DNA of 64,000 bases from an uncultured bacterium (GTDB lineage Bacteria; Actinomycetota; Acidimicrobiia; Spongiisociales; ZC4RG35): the NCBI GenBank assembly GCA_963792365.1, contig CAWBVW010000008.1, forward strand, positions 132,243 to 196,242, written 5' to 3'. The translations under genes were made by a program, and so were the position numbers. The notes beneath the pieces are model-generated. The model was not told where the DNA came from, searched no databases, and saw only the letters and a list, made by a program, of their open reading frames with translations. Positions 60,884 through 64,000 of this stretch are shown piece by piece. Numbering within the stretch: position 1 is the first letter of the stretch; each line of letters starts with the position of its first letter.

Positions 60884-61399
60884 ATGTTCGATCTCGGGGT
60901 CGAGTGGTGGACGTTGGTGGTGCGCGGAGTGGTGGTCTACATCGCGCTCCTGCTCGGAATCCGCCTGTTCGGACGCCGAGAGCTGGGGCAGATGACGCCG
61001 TTCGACCTGGTGATGATCCTTCTCATCGCCAACGCCGTCCAGAACGCGATGGTTGGGTCCGACACATCTCTGATCGGCGGGCTCCTCGTCGCTTCGACCC
61101 TGCTCCTCATCAATCGTCTGGTTGCCGGATTCACCCGTCGGATCCCTTGGCTCCGAACCATCACAGAAGGAGAACCCATACTCCTCATCAACGGCGGCAA
61201 GGTCCTCGGAGACCGACTCAGGCGGGAAGGGGTCGATCTGGCCGATCTCGAGCAGGCGGCCCGAGAACACGGCGTCAAGGACCTCGACGACGTCGACACC
61301 GCAGTCCTCGAGGTGGATGGAACCGTCAGCATCATTCCGACTTCAGGTGCCAAGGTGCGAACTCGACGCCATCTTCGCCAGACTCACCACCAGCAGTGA
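60884..61399 (+). CDS. DUF421 (YetF-like) membrane protein
   Basis: 171 aa. Confidence 0.55.
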   Translation: MFDLGVEWWTLVVRGVVVYIALLLGIRLFGRRELGQMTPFDLVMILLIANAVQNAMVGSDTSLIGGLLVASTLLLINRLVAGFTRRIPWLRTITEGEPILLINGGKVLGDRLRREGVDLADLEQAAREHGVKDLDDVDTAVLEVDGTVSIIPTSGAKVRTRRHLRQTHHQQ

Positions 61400-61490
61400 T
61401 CAGAGACCGACACAGGTCGAACTCAGGACCTGTCCCGTGCCCTTTCCCGGTTGCCTTGCTGCGTTCGCCCACACGACCGAGAGGAACGCC

Positions 61491-61970
61491 ATGACTCAGA
61501 GGACTCCACGCCATCGCGGCATAGCCAGCCATCTTCACGGACCGTTTGGAGGTGACGGGTTCGGGCGGAGGGCTGAGGCCTTCGCGCGGTTCTTTGGGAC
61601 GCCCAGATTCCTCATCGGCCAAACTGTGGTCGTCGCCGCATGGATCATCGTCAACGTGGTGGCTGTGGCGCTGCGATGGGATCCCTATCCATTCATCTTG
61701 CTCAACCTCATGTTCTCTCTGCAGGCAGCCTATGCAGCGCCGCTGATCCTGCTGGCACAGACCCGTCAAGCGGATCGTGACAAGGCCATGTCCGACGCCG
61801 ACGCGGCTCACCGGGAAGCGCTGGCCGAGGCCGCTCTCCAACGCCAGGAGATAGCCGAGCGTCAGACCGACGGACTACGCGACCTCCTGGAGATGAACAC
61901 ACGTCTCACCGAGCAAGTCCAGCGTCTCACGACCGAGATCCACACGCGCGTGGTCGTCCCTGGAGGCTGA
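61491..61970 (+). CDS. DUF1003 membrane protein
   Basis: Start at the ATG at 61491 (MTQRTPRH). Two TM helices plus a C-terminal coiled coil. Confidence 0.55.
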   Translation: MTQRTPRHRGIASHLHGPFGGDGFGRRAEAFARFFGTPRFLIGQTVVVAAWIIVNVVAVALRWDPYPFILLNLMFSLQAAYAAPLILLAQTRQADRDKAMSDADAAHREALAEAALQRQEIAERQTDGLRDLLEMNTRLTEQVQRLTTEIHTRVVVPGG

Positions 61971-61991
61971 AACTCGCAGCCGGGATCGCCG

Positions 61992-62786
61992 CTACTGCGG
62001 GTCGGACTCCCGTGCTCGATACGCGCCGAACCCGGGCGACAAGAGAGTTCTTGCGTCATTGGTGACCAGATAGGCCTCGTAGCCCTGTCGATCCGAGATC
62101 CAGTCGAGGCCATCGATCCCCATCACGAAGACTGCGGTTGCGTAGGCGTCGGCGAGGGTGAGATCGGGTCCGACGATCGTGACGCTGGCCAACGACAGAG
62201 CGGTGAGTCCGGTGCGCGGGTCGACGATGTGGGCACCGCGCTCATAGGTGGCCGACGTCGCGACGGCCATCGGTCCTTCAGCCTCGACGATCAGCGCCAT
62301 CGAATCGGCGGAGAACGGGTGTCGAATGCCCACCCTCCAGGGGTCTTCGCCCTGCGGATGTCCACGCAGGGCGATGTCGCCGCCGGCGTTGATACAGAGG
62401 TTCGAACCTCCGTGGCGTTCGATCAAGCGTGCGGATTCCTCGATCGCCCACCCCTTGACCAGTCCTGACGGGTCGAATTGCGTGCCGTTCGGCGCCGGCA
62501 CGGCGAACACGTCGAACACACCATCGGTTTCGTACCGCATCAGCTCGCACATTCCGAGTACGTTGCGAATCTCGGCGGAGGCATCCTCGACGGCCAGATC
62601 CCCCCTTCCGATTGCGCTCACCGGACTCTCCGGGATGTACGGGCTGAACGTCTCGTCGACGTGGTGGAGCCAGGCGAGAACCTCGTCGATGATCTCTCGC
62701 GGCACGCCGACATCGCGAACGTCGATGCTGACCGCCATACCCATGACCTGTTCCACGTGATGGAGACCGAGCGCTGCGCCACTCAT
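61992..62786 (-). CDS. FAD:protein FMN transferase (ApbE family)
   Basis: 264 aa. Confidence 0.65.
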   Translation of the reverse strand: MSGAALGLHHVEQVMGMAVSIDVRDVGVPREIIDEVLAWLHHVDETFSPYIPESPVSAIGRGDLAVEDASAEIRNVLGMCELMRYETDGVFDVFAVPAPNGTQFDPSGLVKGWAIEESARLIERHGGSNLCINAGGDIALRGHPQGEDPWRVGIRHPFSADSMALIVEAEGPMAVATSATYERGAHIVDPRTGLTALSLASVTIVGPDLTLADAYATAVFVMGIDGLDWISDRQGYEAYLVTNDARTLLSPGFGAYRARESDPQ

Positions 62787-63517
62787 GCGATGCTCGTCAT
62801 GCCCTGAGCACGAGCGTCGTCGATGGCCGACTGGAGCGACTGCTCGTAGCTGTGGCTGGTGTAGGTGGCTCCGGAGATGGTGTCGACGTTTGCGCTCTGG
62901 ACGGTGAGCGCCTCGTTGTTGAGCATGGGGACCGCGATTTGGCTGATCCGAGCGCTCCTCCCATCGTGGTTCGGGGCTTGGAGCACGGCCACGTCAGCCA
63001 GGCTCCCGTCGGCGGCGAAGGTCGCCTGGACCTGAACTGTGCCGAAACGGTTCGAGATGGCATCACCGGTCACCACCGCCGGTATCGCGGCAGCGGTCGT
63101 CGAGGAGACCGTCGTTGGGTTCGATGCGCCTGTTGTGTTCGAGAGCGGAGGTGCCGCCGCAACCACCGCCGATGGCTGGGCGAGGCCTGCGCCCACACTG
63201 TTGGCGGCAAACACGACGGTGAGTCCGCTGGTGGTGACGACACTCAACGCTAGGGCCGTCAGTCGGGACCCCTTGGCTGGATGTCGACGCTTGCGACCTG
63301 AGCCGGAGGTGGATCCGCCGGCAGGCCTGCTTCGGCTGGCAGTCAGTCGTTCCAGCCGCTCTGACCTGTCCCGGTCGGAAGACGGTGCTTCCGGCGACTG
63401 CCGGGGCGCCTGTGCACCTCGGCGTGCGGCCAAGCGCTGGAGCCGGGCGGCCTGTTCCTCGGTGAGCGTGGATGAAGAACTGTCGGTGGTCATGGATCCA
63501 TTGGGCCACACAGGCAT
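62783..63517 (-). CDS. FMN-binding domain protein (covalent flavinylation target)
   Basis: Ser/Thr-rich linker, then a C-terminal FMN_bind-like segment (TISGATYTS). Overlaps the apbE stop. Confidence 0.55.
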   Translation of the reverse strand: MPVWPNGSMTTDSSSSTLTEEQAARLQRLAARRGAQAPRQSPEAPSSDRDRSERLERLTASRSRPAGGSTSGSGRKRRHPAKGSRLTALALSVVTTSGLTVVFAANSVGAGLAQPSAVVAAAPPLSNTTGASNPTTVSSTTAAAIPAVVTGDAISNRFGTVQVQATFAADGSLADVAVLQAPNHDGRSARISQIAVPMLNNEALTVQSANVDTISGATYTSHSYEQSLQSAIDDARAQGMTSIA

Positions 63518-63562
63518 TGAGCCTGCATGAATCCGAGCTGAGCGCCCGCTGTGAATGACCCA

Positions 63563-64000
63563 TCAGGCTCGTCGAAGAGCCTTCTCCAACTGGGCAAAGA
63601 GTCGCAGTCCGCCGGCATAGACACCCAGCCCAACGAGGGCGATGAGCGCCGTACGGAACGCCAGCGTCGAAGCGTCCGTGCCGATTTGATAGGCGTGGAC
63701 GAGAGCGAGCACTGCGCCACCGATCGACGTCAGGTGAATGACGCGCCACAAGGTGCGCCGTTTCATACGCTTCGGCCAGCTCGTGAACACGACGACAGAG
63801 AACAGGTAGGTCGCAAGGACTCCCCATGTGATCGCCCATCCGGCGGATGCGGTCCCAGGCACGAAGATCTGAACGAGGCCGACACCCGAGTTCGAGTCGA
63901 GCCATGACGCGACGATGTGGAGGCCGGTGAACACGAGCGACAGTCCGCCGAGCCAATTGTGGAGGTCCAGCCACCATGCTGGATGGAGCCGCTGCCCGGT
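63563..64000 (-). CDS. Ferric-reductase-like transmembrane (cytochrome b) protein, partial (5' end beyond window)
   Basis: The frame continues through 64000 (HNWLGGLSLVFTGLHIVASW...). Confidence 0.55.
   Translation of the reverse strand, partial: TGQRLHPAWWLDLHNWLGGLSLVFTGLHIVASWLDSNSGVGLVQIFVPGTASAGWAITWGVLATYLFSVVVFTSWPKRMKRRTLWRVIHLTSIGGAVLALVHAYQIGTDASTLAFRTALIALVGLGVYAGGLRLFAQLEKALRRA

Noticed and set aside
59138-61270. 710-aa antisense ORF over DedA-PAP2/DUF421
   Set aside because: Same high-GC artefact.
1-64000. CRISPR arrays, rRNA, integrase, transposase and phage structural genes
   Set aside because: I looked for short regularly spaced repeats and for characteristic motifs (integrase R..H..R..Y, DDE). 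None were found. The only repeats are the 212-bp element and short palindromes.

Overview
This is a high-GC (about 70%) chromosomal segment that reads as actinobacterial: many GTGA/ATGA start-stop overlaps, F420/deazaflavin-linked enzymes, and ECF, LuxR and HxlR regulators. It is gene-dense with roughly 65 CDS, mostly core or accessory metabolism and regulation. I base-checked only a subset of ORFs against the DNA (the left-edge serine hydrolase, the yciI/sigma start region, the toxin-antitoxin junction, the histidine-kinase/response-regulator junction, and several internal starts). The remainder rest on the supplied ORF-track translations.

The most notable features:
- An intact 1,868-aa single-ORF protein at 27591-33197 (-). 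It combines a SARP-type DNA-binding domain, a BTAD domain, a degenerate cyclase-like segment, a pseudokinase, a STAND NTPase, one transmembrane helix and a C-terminal beta-propeller. This is the strongest candidate for an undescribed signalling or defence-like system.
- A roughly 212-bp near-identical direct repeat that flanks a yciI-like/ECF42-type sigma factor operon, with a diverged third copy nearby. Copy A carries a putative ECF -35/-10 motif.
- A tRNA-Met 3'-half-like remnant with an adjacent tandem 9-mer and hairpin, which may be an integration-site scar.
- A DUF3018/PemK toxin-antitoxin pair with a perfect 12-bp palindromic operator.
- A patch of gene decay at 18.8-22.0 kb.
- A pseudouridine utilisation pair whose kinase is fused to a helix-turn-helix domain.
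- Two HisKA_3/NarL two-component systems, one sitting in a five-gene membrane operon.
- An M15 peptidase with two SH3b domains (endolysin-like).
- A near-consensus leaderless promoter for an ArsR/AHSA1 pair.

I saw no CRISPR array, rRNA, integrase or transposase.
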